Shown: positions 40,987 through 56,272, counted from the first letter of the stretch. The stretch: DNA of 64,000 bases from Octopus vulgaris (GCA_951406725.2 OX597826.1:3286001-3350000), one strand, 5' to 3'. A program made the numbers and translations. The notes: generated from the letters alone by a model not told the origin.

Positions 40987-41630
40987 TATATACACACATA
41001 TTCACGTATAATGTATAATATACATTATTTTATCGTACCTATGTAATGGTTTTATGTGTTTGAATGCATGTAGCTAAGTATGCCTGTATGCGTATACAGG
41101 CCCATTTATGATTAAAAGAAAATTACGTATACATACGATATATTGCTAGCACAATAAGGCCATCAATAAGCACCACATTTTTGTACTCTTATTGTATTTC
41201 AATTCGCGCCTCTGTTTCATTATTATTTTTTTAAACTCTTTTACATTGTTTCTACAGAAGCGAACGTTCCACTTAGATATAATTACGAATGTATTCTGTG
41301 AATTTCGATGTTTCTATGGGTTCTTATATAATTTTACAGAATAATTTCCTCAATTACATTTTACCACTTATATTGCAAGTATGTCATTCAAAGAGAAAGA
41401 ATATACATACATGTGTGTGTGTGTATCTGTGTATGCGTTTATGTGTGTATGAGTGCATATACATATATATATATATATATTATATGTATATACATATGTG
41501 CATATATATATATACTTATATTTATATAAGTATATATACATGTACATATATATGTATATACATACGTATATATATATATGTATATATATATGTATTTATA
41601 TGTATATATATATATATGTATATATATATG

Positions 41631-41713
<83 letters not shown>

Positions 41714-42096
41714 AGATATAGATAGATAGATTGATAGATAGATAGATACCGAAAACAATGAAAAGAATTCAACAAGCTCCATGCGCATATAGGTGATGGT
41801 GCGCTACTGTTTGATGAAGATAATGGTGATGATGATGTTGATGATGCGGAAAAAGAAGGGATAAATACATAAGGAATACAATGCATTCTTCTGTGTAAAA
41901 CTAGAAATGAGAAAAGTAAACAAAAGCAAGAAAATTCAGCATTATAGGTATTTCTCCTTTTTCAGTGACATGAGAAGAATAAATACACAGTAACACAGTA
42001 CAATTATATTCAGATAATGAATTTCCAATATTCATACCTTAATGCAAACATCATACGCTTATGAAACTTTATATTTATGTACGTATATATGATTGT

Positions 42097-42385
42097 GGAA
42101 GGCGCAATGGCTCAGTGGTCGGAGGATTGCGGTTTCGATTCCTAGACCGGGCGTTGTGTTTGCTTATTGAGCGAAAACACCTAAAAGCACGAGGTTCTGG
42201 TAGGGGGTTTTGGTGACCCCTGTTGTACTCTTTCGCCACAACTTTCTCTCACACTCTCTTCCTGTTTCTTGAGTAACGCTGCGATGTACTGGTGTCCCGT
42301 CCAGCTGGGGTGGGGGAATACATACACCACAGAAACGGGGAAACCGGGCCCATGAACCTGGCTAGGCTTGAAAGTGCGACGTTTA
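42097..42385 (+). mobile_element. SINE family B, tail type 1 (anticodon arm deleted)
   Basis: Colinear with 4659-4950. Confidence 0.85.
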
Positions 42386-42635
42386 TCGTTATTTATGATT
42401 GTACACATTATACGCGATATATATGTCTGTCTGTCTATCAATCTATCTATCTACCTATATATCTATATATCTATCTTTATGTACTCATATGCGTCGCTGT
42501 ATACACAACAAAAATTATCCCTTCTCTTCGAAGAAACTCCCTGAATTACTTTACACTTTTTATCCTTGATTTCATTCACTCTTATGGCTAGTGCAATAGT
42601 AAACACACTTCCGTATCTTAAATATTTGCACATTG

Positions 42636-42775
42636 AATGTTTGCCCCCGAGGCTCAAGTCCGGGAAAGACCAGCAACCACCCATAAATGCCAGTCTCCCC
42701 TATCCACCCCACCTTTGTTATCCAAGGGAAAGGCAAATACCGGTTCAGCATGGCACCAGTAGCGTCGCAACTCAT
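42636..42775 (-). mobile_element. SINE tail type 5 fragment
   Basis: Reverse-complement similarity to 20832-20975. Confidence 0.65.
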
Positions 42776-43196
42776 ATGTCCGATGCTGGTGTTTCACACT
42801 ATAACCCTTCTCCTCCAGATTCCTCATATATCATCCTTTTTCAGTAGTTACCTATATGCACCTCTTTGTCAATCTAATGAAAATACGTGTCCAAGGTATA
42901 TATCACACGTATATTGGTATTCCTAAATCGTAAACACAAATTGTATGAAAAGTTCTGTAGAAAACCTTACGGCTTCTATTTCATGCAACACGAATTCATG
43001 CCAGGTCATTGTACGTCCTTCTCATTTAACTGTGACTAGAAACTCACATTACAGTATCTGCTTGTAAGGAGAAAGTTGTAAACTCGAGAAGTCTTAATTT
43101 GTCATGCAGTATAGACGTTTCTGTGCACGTAGTGTGTATTTATGTATATGTATGTATATCCACACAGAGACTTATATATATACATTAAATATGTGC

Positions 43197-43250
<54 letters not shown>

Positions 43251-43326
43251 CATTGTGTCCGTGTCAGTGTGTCTCAGCATGTAGTTTCAGCTCACGAGCT
43301 GTGGTCATGCTGGGGCACCGGCATTA

Positions 43327-43495
43327 GATGAAAGGCAAAGTCGACCTCGGAATTTGAACTCAGAACGTAACGGCAGACGAAATACCTATTTCTTTACTAC
43401 CCACAAGGGGCTAAACACAGAGGGGACGAACAAGGACAGACAAACAGGTTAAGTCTCGACCCCAGCTCGCCTAATTTATCGACCCCGAAGGATGG
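43327..43495 (-). mobile_element. SINE family C, permuted/tandem junction fragment
   Basis: On the minus strand the tail end runs directly back into the internal GGTATTTCGTCTGCC segment. Confidence 0.75.
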
Positions 43496-44483
43496 ACCAA
43501 TCATTGAACTCGAAACACATCTAAGTTTATCTAAGTTTATATATATATATATATATAATATATATATATATTGCAACACACGTTAAAAATATAAGATTAC
43601 TTTTCTAGTAAGACTAGTTAGACTATATCTCAGCTGAAGATAGTAAATGAAGGTAGATTTTCTTATTCCTGTTGAGCAGGAAAAAAAATAAAGGAAAATA
43701 ATTTGACTTGTTTTACGGTTGATTGCTCACACCTCGGCAGATAAATACTCTTCACACCTTGTTCCTTTTAAGGAGTAGCCAATCAGCCATAAATCATGTC
43801 AAGAAAATCTCTTTGATGCAAAATCTTTGTTTTGTTTCTGCCTTGCTCTCTCCACCTCTTGGTGTTGTTAATAAATTCTAACTTCTGATGTTAAGCCTTC
43901 CTTTCATTCTTAATGAATGTATTATTTTATCCCACTCTAATTCTCAGATGCTTGTGCGTTCTTAATGTTTATATGTATATATATATATATATATACATTC
44001 TCCTTTTGAACACATACCATATCTGCATGGATTTATCTTCTTATCATACATTTTATTTCTGTATGTTTTTTTATGAACACCTATTTCAGTTTGTTTATAA
44101 TATTTATGTCAAATACATCATTCTGGTTAGAAAAGCGCTCCTGCTTGGAAAATCGTGTTATCTGGCATTTATTTGCTAGCATCAATGAGTCGAATATTTT
44201 TTTCTTATTTTCCGTGATCTCTAACAATTTCATGCAGGTTTTGTGGTCTTTTCTAATATTTATATATTTCTTTGTATTTCTTATGTGCATATTACACCCT
44301 GCCATTTCTATTTAGCTGATTAAGGATGCGCTTTTTTCCCCTTCTTTTGCTAAACTTATATACTAACTATTTCTTTCGCTTTTCCTTGGTCGTTTACGGT
44401 GAGCAGTGTCAAACTCTATTTGGGGCGAATTCAGTTTTTGCTAATGTTTGGCTTCTCTGCCTTTCAAACATTGTTTTTTTTTT

Positions 44484-44558
<75 letters not shown>

Positions 44559-44980
44559 AACTTGTTGGATGGCTCTATTATTTCCCATAGATGTTTGTTT
44601 ATTCTATGCCTATACATACAGAGGTGTTTCCGCTGATCCATGTTTATATATTATATCAAGAACAATTCTATTATCTCTATTGTATCTATTCTTTTTCTTC
44701 ATATTCAATGCAACTTATTCTTTTCTGCTACCCCACTTCCCCCGCCATATTCTGCTCATTTTTATACGCGAGATCCAAAGAACATTTTTGGTTGTGCTTG
44801 GAATATCGAACAAAACACATAGTTTAACACAATCACCTGATCGTCGGCTGCTCTTAGCATAACTCTCTCCTTTGCAAAAAATTCCGATCAAATCTCAGGA
44901 CACGAACTTGACTACAATATTCATGAAAATATAGATATGCCGGTGTTCAAGTTCATTACACACTGCACACAATTCAGCGC

Positions 44981-45493
<513 letters not shown>

Positions 45494-45544
45494 TACGGGA
45501 ATAGTTAGGAACCAGATCGGTTATAGTGGCACTCTGTAATAATC

Positions 45545-45690
45545 GATTTAAAATTTTGGTAGATTTCAACTGGTACTTTCTTTTTCGACCCAGAATTAAT
45601 GAAGGTCAAAGTCGATTTCTGCTGGATTTGAATTTAGAACGTAAAGACGGACAAATACCGTCTCGATAACGAAGCTGCCGGCTCGCCACC
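45545..45690 (-). mobile_element. SINE family C (diverged)
   Basis: ATGAAGGTCAAAGTCGA...TTTGAATTTAGAACGTAAAGAC motif. Confidence 0.65.
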
Positions 45691-45940
45691 AATAATTACA
45701 CCAATACTTACATAATATGTTGTTCCACTCCGGAATTTCTTTCCTCTAGTTCTTCTCCTGGTCCTCGGACATGTGGTACTTACAGCAACAATTAACAAAC
45801 TCCACAAAAAATTGAATAATAAATACATATAAAATGAAATATTTTAAATTTCTTTTGCCTGTCACACTTTCTTACTAAGTATAAAACTTATATTTGCCAA
45901 GGTCTTCTACAGCCATGATTCTTTTACAAAAATCTTCTCA

Positions 45941-46355
45941 GACGTAGGAGTGACTGTGTGGCAAGTAGCTCGCTTACCAACCACATGGTTCCGGGTTCAG
46001 TCCCACTGCGTGGCACGTTCCGCAAGTGTCTTCTACTATAGCCTAGGGCCGACCAAAGCCTTGTGAGTAGATTTGGTAGACGTAAACTGAAAGAAGCCCG
46101 TCGTATATATATATATATATGTTTGTATGTATGTATGTATATGTTTGTATGTCACTGTTTGTCCCCCGAACATCGCTTGACAACCGATGCTGGTGTGTTT
46201 ACATACCCTGTAACTTAGCGGTTCGATTAAAGAGATCGATAGAATAAGTACTAGGCTTACAAAGAATAAGTCCTGGGGGTCGATTTGCTCGACTAAAGGC
46301 GCTGCTCCAGCATGGCCGCAGTCAAATGACTGAAACAAATAAAAGAGTAAAAGAG
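45941..46355 (+). mobile_element. SINE family A
   Basis: Full-length copy. Confidence 0.9.
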
Positions 46356-46820
46356 GATATTTGAATATCCCAGCACTTTGTCTTAGGCCTCATATTCCTC
46401 TTCGTCTCCTAGGAAAATAAATGTTATATAATGATATTCATACATTTTCTCTGGTGCTATCATCTATGCACCTTGGATATCTTTGATGTTTTACGTACCC
46501 GTGAACACACCACTAACTAAATACCTAAGTAAAACTCTTTTTTCTACAGTGTAAGGACGATTAATATCGGAATGGAGTCTATTGTATTCTTCGGTGAGAA
46601 AAGCATATTCTCTTATTCTCTAAGTATATTATTAAGGGGAGTAAATTGGATGTGCTGACACTATTTTCTCGGCAACTATTTGGTGAGTGAATCTAAGACA
46701 AAAGCATTCAAATGAAGAGTTTGTCTTGGAGAATTTTCTCGTTACTTTAACTACGACTAGGATCTTTTTCAAAGGCAAATGAAATCAAACAAGCAAGATA
46801 CATGTACACACATATACGTA

Positions 46821-47019
<199 letters not shown>

Positions 47020-47146
47020 ATACAAACAGGCGTAGAAGCAGAGAGGGAGAGAGAATAAAGATAGGAGTAGTTATATGTGTCTATATAATATACTCACATT
47101 CATTCAGATACCGTCATACTTGCTTGCATACTTAAATGTATACACC

Positions 47147-47210
<64 letters not shown>

Positions 47211-47776
47211 TCGTTTCCATCTCAGTCATAGACACACACATACATACAAACATGCACACTGAATGAGAGAAGCTATCATACGTGAAAGACTTCAGTTCGA
47301 ATTAAAGAAAACGCTAATGATATAGAGATATTTGCAAAAGAAATTTACAAGTTGACTTTTCGACGAGCTTTAGTACCATTTGATAAAATTATATATCTAA
47401 CGAATAGGAGGGCCCTGTGTTTTGTTTACACGTCGTATTCTTAGGTAGTTTTTCTGATTGCAAAATGAATCACCTTCATTAGCAGCTATTCATGAAGCCA
47501 GTGGAAAATGGTGGTGGATGTCGTAGCAGTCAGCTGTTCGTGCTTGTGGCAGCTACGATGATAAATCTCATTGGTGTAGGACTGCTAATAATGAAACCGA
47601 TCCTCTTGTCATTTTGGAATATTCTGTTGTCTTTCTGCGTCTTTTTCTGGCGAGGAATGGTAATTGGATTTCGTTACAGATTAGTTTGTTCTGGTCAAGA
47701 GTGGCTCTGTATTTCATCAATTTTGATCAAAGTCATTTGCTTTATTCACTGCATAAAACTCTCGCTTCCCACTTAA

Positions 47777-48110
<334 letters not shown>

Positions 48111-48803
48111 ATTCATCTTACTGATATCTCTATCTCTTCTTGCGGTCTTCCAGTTTCTCCTTCTCCGATCCTTCTCACTCTTTCTCCTTTTCTCCATTTA
48201 CCTCTCCTCCCACCACTTTCTCCTCCCTTCCCCTGTCTTTAACTTCTACTTCTTTCTTCGTGCATTGAGTAACTTTGACTGTAGATAATTTAATGTTTAA
48301 CACGAGTGTCAACGGAATTCAGCTTTCACGATAGTCAGTGTGAAAGGCGAGACGAGTATTAGATTTAAATAGCTCTTACTATTAAGTAGGTATTGAGAAA
48401 ATCTAGAATCGGAAATATGGCGATGGCTGTTTCTCCTCATACGCTTATTTGGATTGTCCTTATTCTTATTGCCACCGTTGTACTTGCCTTTGCCGCTGAT
48501 GATTTTGATGATGGCGTTCATTGAGATGACCCTGATGGAGATGGTGTTGCTGTAGTTATATTACTGTTGTTGTTTAAAGATATTAGTGTCCAGCTCCGAT
48601 AGCTGCAATAAGACTGGGTATTGAAGTAGTAGTAATGAATTAATTGACCGAAATGTATAAATATATATGAGGAAGAATGCATATATATTTCTATAGCTAT
48701 GAATATATGAATATACGTGTGTGTATGTAAAAGTACTTCTATGGAGACATCCATATATATGTGTGTTCGTGTGTATGTATAGATATATGTATGTATGTGT
48801 TAC

Positions 48804-48835
<32 letters not shown>

Positions 48836-49427
48836 GTAAATTTGTGTGTTTATATATGTGATATGCATTCATACATACATAGATACATATATGCATACAT
48901 ACATACATGCATAAATATACATACATACATACATATAATAAGGCAGACGACGCATATGTTTATGCATATCTGTAAGTCTGTATACGAATACGGCAAGAAG
49001 GAAATATAATATTAAGTGAAGAAGCAATGGAGACTAATTAATTAAGAAAAATCAATGATTTGCATATCGCATTTACAGGATTACACCAACCCGCTGGTTG
49101 CTAGTGATATTTTAACGAAACAGTTATGAACAAGTCATATTTAAATTAAATTTAATATTTACTGATTAATAGTCGATGGAGCACAAGGAAGATTGTGTAT
49201 TGAACGAAGTAAATGCTTTGTGTTATGTAGTGACTTCACACTATATCATCTGCCCAAATAGACACCGGCGTTGACATCATATGAAACAATCAATCGTGAA
49301 TGAAATGAGCATGAATAATATAGGAGTTCCAATTCCTGGACAATAGCTTGTGGCCATTTCTAAATACACGCATGCATATATTCAAATACACACACACACA
49401 CACATTCGCATATGCATACATACATAC

Positions 49428-49506
<79 letters not shown>

Positions 49507-49526
49507 TACGTATGTATGTATGTATA

Positions 49527-50080
49527 TGTCAGGTCACTTTCGAGTGCTACTGGTAACATGTAACCCAGTACAACCTGTTGCATTGTCGGGTCGTCGGTGA
49601 CTAAACCGGCAACGCAACCAAGCTTGCTTGGTGAGGAGGGTGTTTATTGGACACCCTGCGGGATGAAAAACAAGACCCGTCAAAGGGCGAAGGAACTCTT
49701 GAGAGTCAACGGCCATCAAATAAATGTCTTAAGGCTGTATCATGCGCGGGGACATAGAAATAATCGGACTGAATACCCGACCGCGCGGTTAAACCATTGG
49801 TAGTGAAGGACTCCTAGCCTTTGTCAGGACATCCTTCTAGGAGAAGGTAACTCAGGTAATTGGGATAACTCCGACATAAAACATGCGGCTCATTGGTTAC
49901 CGATGATGTTGACTTGTTCTTCTTTTCGGATTATCGCTGATGTTGCTTAGTGAGTGGGATTGACTCAGTGCACAGCCTTTCCTCACTTAAAAAAAAATCT
50001 TCTTGCACAGGCATTGCACGATAACAACATTGATTAAGCTTCGTGCAATGGCCATACTCGATAACGAGGGGGCAGCCACC
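49527..50080 (+). mobile_element. GC-richer, structured interspersed element inserted in a microsatellite; possible non-autonomous RTE-head derivative
   Basis: Sharp compositional boundaries within TA/TG repeats; multiple hairpins; CCTTCTAGGAGAAGGTAACTC motif; no ORF. Confidence 0.5.
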
Positions 50081-50169
<89 letters not shown>

Positions 50170-51061
50170 TGTGTCTGTGTCTGTGTGTCTGTGTGTCTGT
50201 TAGAACAAAGAGTAAAGGTTAGGCATTATAGTACTCGGAGTTACGAATGTCGATGCGAAGAACTATGATACAGTCTCGTCCACTACTAATGGCAAGAGGC
50301 GCTATAAAAAATCTGTTGAATAAAATGTATATTACTGTAATAGATAGAAAAAGAAAACAGGAAATGATAAAGAATGCACAAAAACATATTCTCACAATTC
50401 TTAGTCATAAACCAGCTGCATTCACAACGCCCACATAAGTACACACTCACATAAACATGTATGCGTATGTGCACATACATACACACATAAACACATATGT
50501 ATGTACGTACTCATACATACACACATATCCACAGACATGCGCACACATGTGTGTATGTATATATATATATATATATACATGTGTGTGTGTGTGTGTGTAT
50601 GTGTGTGTGTACGCAACACCATCCTCATAAATACAGGGGCTTTTTCCTTTTTAAGTGTTTGAATGTGTACGTGTGTGTGGATATATGTGTATGTAAGAGT
50701 ACGTAAATACATATATGTTTGTGTGTGTCTATGTGCATGTACGTATACATAGTTGTGTGAGTGTGTACGTGTGTAGACTCTTTGAACGCAGGAGGTTTAT
50801 GCCTATGTATTTTGAGAATATTATTGCGTGCATTGTTTATCTTTTTTCTTTTTATGTTAGTAACTTCTCTTTTATTCAACGGTTTTGTTGACACTAATAG
50901 CCGGCAAGAATTTATCGTAGCTCTTCGCTCCGACATTCGAAACTCCGAGTACTATAATGAGAAACATTTACTCCTTGTTCTAAAGTATAACATATATAAT
51001 CCGCTAGTTATCCAATATCGAGATCTCGTTCTTTTCTTTTTTTATTATATATATACATACA

Positions 51062-51419
51062 TGTACCGGACTGAGCACATAAATGCGAAACAAGGTGGAA
51101 AAAAGAGTACTCTAATACCAGAGGTAGAGTAATATGCTTTATTAAAGAGCAGCAGAAATATCACAAAACTGTTACTCAGAGTTTCACGTTGACGTTCATC
51201 GGAAAGTTTTGTTTAGAATGGAATAGTCATCATTTTCAACTATATGGAGTAAAAGATCATCAGGGCTTAATAAGCTAATACTACAAAGGGCAACCTTTGC
51301 TTTAAAGGATGCAGACGAATTACTAATAAGTTTAAAAAGTTAGATCGTATATGACCAATTCCATTGTAAATAAATATGTCCGACGAACGGCAACGCGAAG
51401 CTCTCAGTAACATTTTATT
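51062..51419 (-). mobile_element. Penelope pLTR-like insertion with a hammerhead and a short inverted hammerhead copy
   Basis: Hammerhead at 51164-51211 (minus) followed by AATAAA on the minus strand; diverged inverted copy at 51369-51419. Confidence 0.65.
51164..51211 (-). ncRNA. Minimal type I hammerhead motif (U4C variant)
   Basis: Minus strand CAAAACTTT-CCGATGA-ACG tcaa CGT-GAAA-CTC t GAG-TA-ACAGTTTTG. Confidence 0.7.
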
Positions 51420-51774
51420 CCTTCAGGTGGAGTAGCCCATCCCGTTCAAATAGTCCCTGAATAATTGTTGTTGAACGAAACACCTATGTTCCAGAGGTGA
51501 ATTATACAAATCCTAAACTATTCGTCTAAACACATGGCTATGTTTCTTCCCCACTACTTCTGCTCATAATCAGAGATGCACATATCATCAGCCACTAAGA
51601 GACATGCTAAACTGGTTAAGGCTAAGTAAAAGACAATCAAATCTGTGGTATTGAGCAGAATATTTGCTGTAGCCCATCTTTTATACCAAGACAAATCACT
51701 GTACATGATAACAATTCCAATCAGTTAAGATCAGAAGCCATGAGAGCCACTGACTGGTACTACATCAGGGCATT
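51420..51774 (-). mobile_element. Unclassified interspersed repeat abutting (ATT)n
   Basis: Discrete GC-richer block starting at an AAT tract on the minus strand; single copy here; recognised only from memory as a common octopus repeat. Confidence 0.35.
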
Positions 51775-51794
51775 TATTATTGTTATCATTATTA

Positions 51795-51849
<55 letters not shown>

Positions 51850-51879
51850 GATTATTATTATTATTATTATTATTATTTA

Positions 51880-52199
51880 GCTTTGTACGTTGCGTGACCA
51901 TAGCTGGAAGCAGTAATCCAGGCGACTGAGGACGAATGTACTCCAGAGGACCATCATGGTTTCCTTCTCTGTGGTTCTGCATGTTCTCAGAATCCATCCA
52001 AGCAGCCGTCTGCACTTTGTCGTCATCCTGGTAATGTGCACTTGGAAAGGGGTATCATCATTCATGTCGATACTCAGGTCTCTCACTCATTTAGGCTCGG
52101 TGATTGTAAAATCCTGTGGACCAGAGTTCCCTGTAAGTTTATATTCAGTTCTGGACGCTGGTAGCGCAGGGCTTGGGATGTTTCAGCATTAAACTGCAT
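51880..52199 (-). mobile_element. CR1-group LINE internal fragment
   Basis: RDLSIDMNDDTPFQVHITRMTTKCRRLLGWILRTCRTTEKETMMVLWSTFVLSRLDYCFQLWS; homologous to 33066-33385. Confidence 0.85.
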
Positions 52200-52504
52200 C
52201 GTGTCATGTCTTCACTATGTTGACAACAAAGTGAAGACATGATACGAAACCGGTTATTTCTCTAAAAACTATGTTACTGTACGTAAAATTTCATAACATT
52301 TTTCTAGCATAACAACTTAAATATATTCTTTAACCATATAACATAAGCCTTCTGTAGTTTTTTCACTCTTTTTTATTATATATATACTTGGAAGTGTATG
52401 CATGGGGTTCGATTATATAATAACAAAATAATATATAAACACATGCATATATACATATTTATATGTACATACCTACATCTATATGTATATATATATACAT
52501 GCCT

Positions 52505-52990
52505 ATATGGGTACAGGGCACCAAAAAAACGTTGAACACAATGAGAAACGAAAACATAAAAACAAAATCATAGAAACGGCCTTTTTTTCAAACAACGAAA
52601 TAACAGAGTACAAGACATACAACACAAGGAATATTCCCCTTCTTCAGTTGTCACTGTTTCGGCTACACCACGTTCCGAAGGTAAGGACAAGACGCGACTT
52701 CGTGGAAACAGTCCTTCCCGCAAAACAAATAAATAAAATTTGGGATTTTTTGCGGCGGGGTAAAAGTGGTAAAAAGAACAGGACAGTAGAAACAAAACAA
52801 GACAGTAAAACCAAATAAAACAAATAAAAAGAGTAAAAAACAGGACAAGGAGAATAACACAGTAAAAACAAACGATAAGGGATGTTAAGCCGAGACGATG
52901 GAAAAATTATTTTGATCGCATTGAGAAGACGGCTTACGTGTTGAGATGTTGAAGGTAGCAGTCGGAAAGAAAGTATCCCTCTGGTCACGT
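52505..52990 (-). mobile_element. Possible decayed Penelope-like 3' end
   Basis: Minus strand SRLLNAIKIIF...LN resembles the R...E..IIF..L...GLN end of PLE ORFs; CTGAAGAAGG motif downstream. Confidence 0.35.
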
Positions 52991-53101
52991 GTCAGTGACG
53001 AAAGGGAGGAGGAGGAGGAGGAGTAAGAGAGAGGGAATGGTGAAACGGAGAGGAGAAGAATAGGGAAGGATGGGAAAGAAAGCCAGAAAGGATGAAGAAC
53101 A

Positions 53102-53132
<31 letters not shown>

Positions 53133-53405
53133 GGAGGAAAAGTAAAGTTAAGAGTGCACATCATAATTATTAGGATAAAACTTACTTGGAAATATATATA
53201 TATACATGCGGGATTTTGAGCATATGTGAGTTTGCATGTATATGGGATGTTGGTCGTACACAACATGTTGTGGAGGTTATTTAGCGCCGCTGAATGAAAG
53301 AGAGATTTAATTTCAGGAAATACTGTAAAATATAAATTAATAGACCCTTTAAAGTTGAAAAGAACGGTCTTACTTGTTTTTGATGAATCATATCTCTATA
53401 TATAT

Positions 53406-53453
<48 letters not shown>

Positions 53454-53458
53454 CACAC

Positions 53459-53500
<42 letters not shown>

Positions 53501-54271
53501 TATATATACTTGTTAATCCTTCATGGAGGTAGAAGTTTTCTTTGAATCCCCATGTCGATTTCGAAGGTTTACCTATACAGAATCATACAGTTGTGAACTT
53601 TCATGTTCAAGAGTGATTGACAAAAACTATAAAGAGAAAGTAACACAAAGAGATCAGTGGCATTATATTTAATGAAACTATCAACAAGTTGTTTACCCAA
53701 TAATATATATGGAGATTACGTTTTTGTTAAGATTCCTTACGGGTTAGCGGGCATAATCACCCTCCTAGCAAAGTTTCGTAGTGAATGTGAATATGGAGTG
53801 ATATTTATTCAGAAGCAGGGTGGGGCAAGTATGGATATTTATTCTAACTTCATAGGTATCATCAGCATAGCATTACTAGTCGTGCGTCCAACGGAAATGA
53901 TTCTTATACCTAATTTATCGGGGTTAGTTACTAACTGCGGGCAATATTCGCATGTAAACATAAAGTGTTAAAAATCAAGAATGCTTGTCGTTATCAAGTT
54001 GATAAATGAAATACATTTTTGTTTTTGAAAAGTTCTAGCAGTTGTTTGAAGGTTAAGATAATGAACAATGCATATATACGTATTGCTGGTAGGGAATTAA
54101 ATTTTCTTTCATCTTCACTGAAACACTAGCATTTCCTAAACGATATTTTTTTTTCCTTGCAACATATTCTTACTTAGAATTTCAAGATATCTTACCGTTG
54201 TCTAATTCAGCATTGAACTGTTTTCTGGAAAATTAGTATCTCTTGTTTGAAGATTAAATTAATGAACAATA

Positions 54272-54326
<55 letters not shown>

Positions 54327-54941
54327 CTTCTAGGGAATTAAATCCTCTTTTATTTTGAATTCAAACAGTAACGTTACTTGAATGAATTATATTTTTTTCG
54401 TTTCGCAACATTCTTCTTGCTTAGAATTTTGAGATGTCTTGTAGTTTATGTCTTAAGGAAGAATCTTTCATGCTAAGAACAGTGAATTCCTTCACATTTC
54501 TAAGATCTATGAGTGGTATCAAACCAATGCGAAAGAAGAAAGACGGCGTTGAGTGCAAACCGCAATTACAGAGGAAAAGATCTCCGTGCAGCATGAAGAG
54601 AAATTCAAATTTCTTTGAATATTACAAAGACTGGACAATTCTTCGAGCGAAAGTGAGAATTGTTGCCGATATTATTATTGTTACTGTTGCAGATGCTTTT
54701 GTTGTTGATCTTACTACATTTCTTGGAATTATCTACGTCATATTGCTTCAGAGTTTAATGTAACAAAGCAAAAGGTAAAATGTCAACTCTGGCGGAATTT
54801 AGCGTAGGTTGATAAAGGCCTTGAAATTTAGCGTTTAAAGAAAAATAGCCATTACTATATACGTTTGCAGTGAGGATTTACACTTACATACACACATATA
54901 AAAGTAGATATATATTCACACACCTATGTGTGTGAACTTAT

Positions 54942-54998
<57 letters not shown>

Positions 54999-55589
54999 TA
55001 CGTGTATACTTATTTATATATGAATACCTTATGTGATTACATACATACATAAATAAGTACATTCATAAATGCATACGTACAATATATTTACATCCATATG
55101 TGTGTGAGTGTTCCGTACACACTGAAACCAAAAAGCCCTTCGATCCGTTTGCTGGCAAGTAAAATCAATGCCCAGATTAATGTGGCTATATTAAGTACTA
55201 CATTTTTTAAATGATATATACAGAGGTATCTTCGGGATTTTCGAGCAAGAGTGTAGAACTGGGAAATGCGATCGAATCCTATATTGCCCGCATACAATAT
55301 ATCGATGTATTGGGGAATCAAAAGAAGTGTCACAGTATTCAGATGATAACCTGGTGCCATGTATTTTATTTATTTGTTTATATTTTTGGTTACATGATTT
55401 TGGAACACTTCCGTAACATCTATACATACATACATACATACATACATACATACATACATGCATACATACATACATACATACATACATACATACATACATA
55501 CATACATACATACATACAGCGTCGATATGCATCCCTTGGCCAAGTTTCATACATGAGGCTGATAATATAATAAAATTTGGAAGACAGCC

Positions 55590-56070
55590 CCTTGAGCAAC
55601 ATTCCATGTGTGATAAAATAGAATTCATGCCAAAAGAAGTCGCACGTTACTACTGCAACGTATCTTCGGATAAAAAGATGAGCCTAAATGTGAAAAAGAC
55701 TAGACAAGGACATGTTAGTAGAAAGCTCCGACATAACAGTAACATTGACCATCAAAGAAGTCTATTATGGACCAATAGCCGGATTACTACCTCCCAATTT
55801 GAGGGTTATGCGTTTGCAATCCAGGAAGGAGAAATACCACAGGGAAATCAGTATAATGTGACAACCAATGCAGATTTTGTGGAGTTAACACCGAAGATAT
55901 CACCCACATCATAAGCAGTTGTCGAAAATGTAATAACGGCATTATCTACCGATGAGACATGATGTAGCTAGGACACTATAATAAAATCTGTTGGAAGGAT
56001 AATCCCGAGGACAATGTGATAAGAACACACAGTATGGCAGACCCATAGCCACTCATAATAAAAAGGAGAA
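55590..56070 (+). mobile_element. R4/Dong-type RLE LINE fragment (distinct subfamily)
   Basis: IDHQRSLLWTNS..TSQFEGYAFAIQE.EI; CRFCGVNTEDITHIISSC (CCHC knuckle); YLPMRHD. Confidence 0.85.
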
Positions 56071-56074
56071 CTGA

Positions 56075-56202
56075 TGGTTCTGTGTTCTGGCCTACTGCGT
56101 AGAAGCTTATGCAGTGTTCTCTGCATTATTCTGGGGTCGAGCAAAAACTTTGAAGCGGATTTATAGACGGAAACTGAGAGAAGCCCGTCTTATATATATA
56201 TG

Positions 56203-56272
<70 letters not shown>

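Noticed and set aside
48417-48524. 35-aa ORF MAMAVSPHTLIWIVLILIATVVLAFAADDFDDGVH resembling a signal peptide
   Set aside because: Lies in a decayed GTT/GAT/ATT trinucleotide tract that produces hydrophobic then acidic runs by chance; no splice or promoter support.
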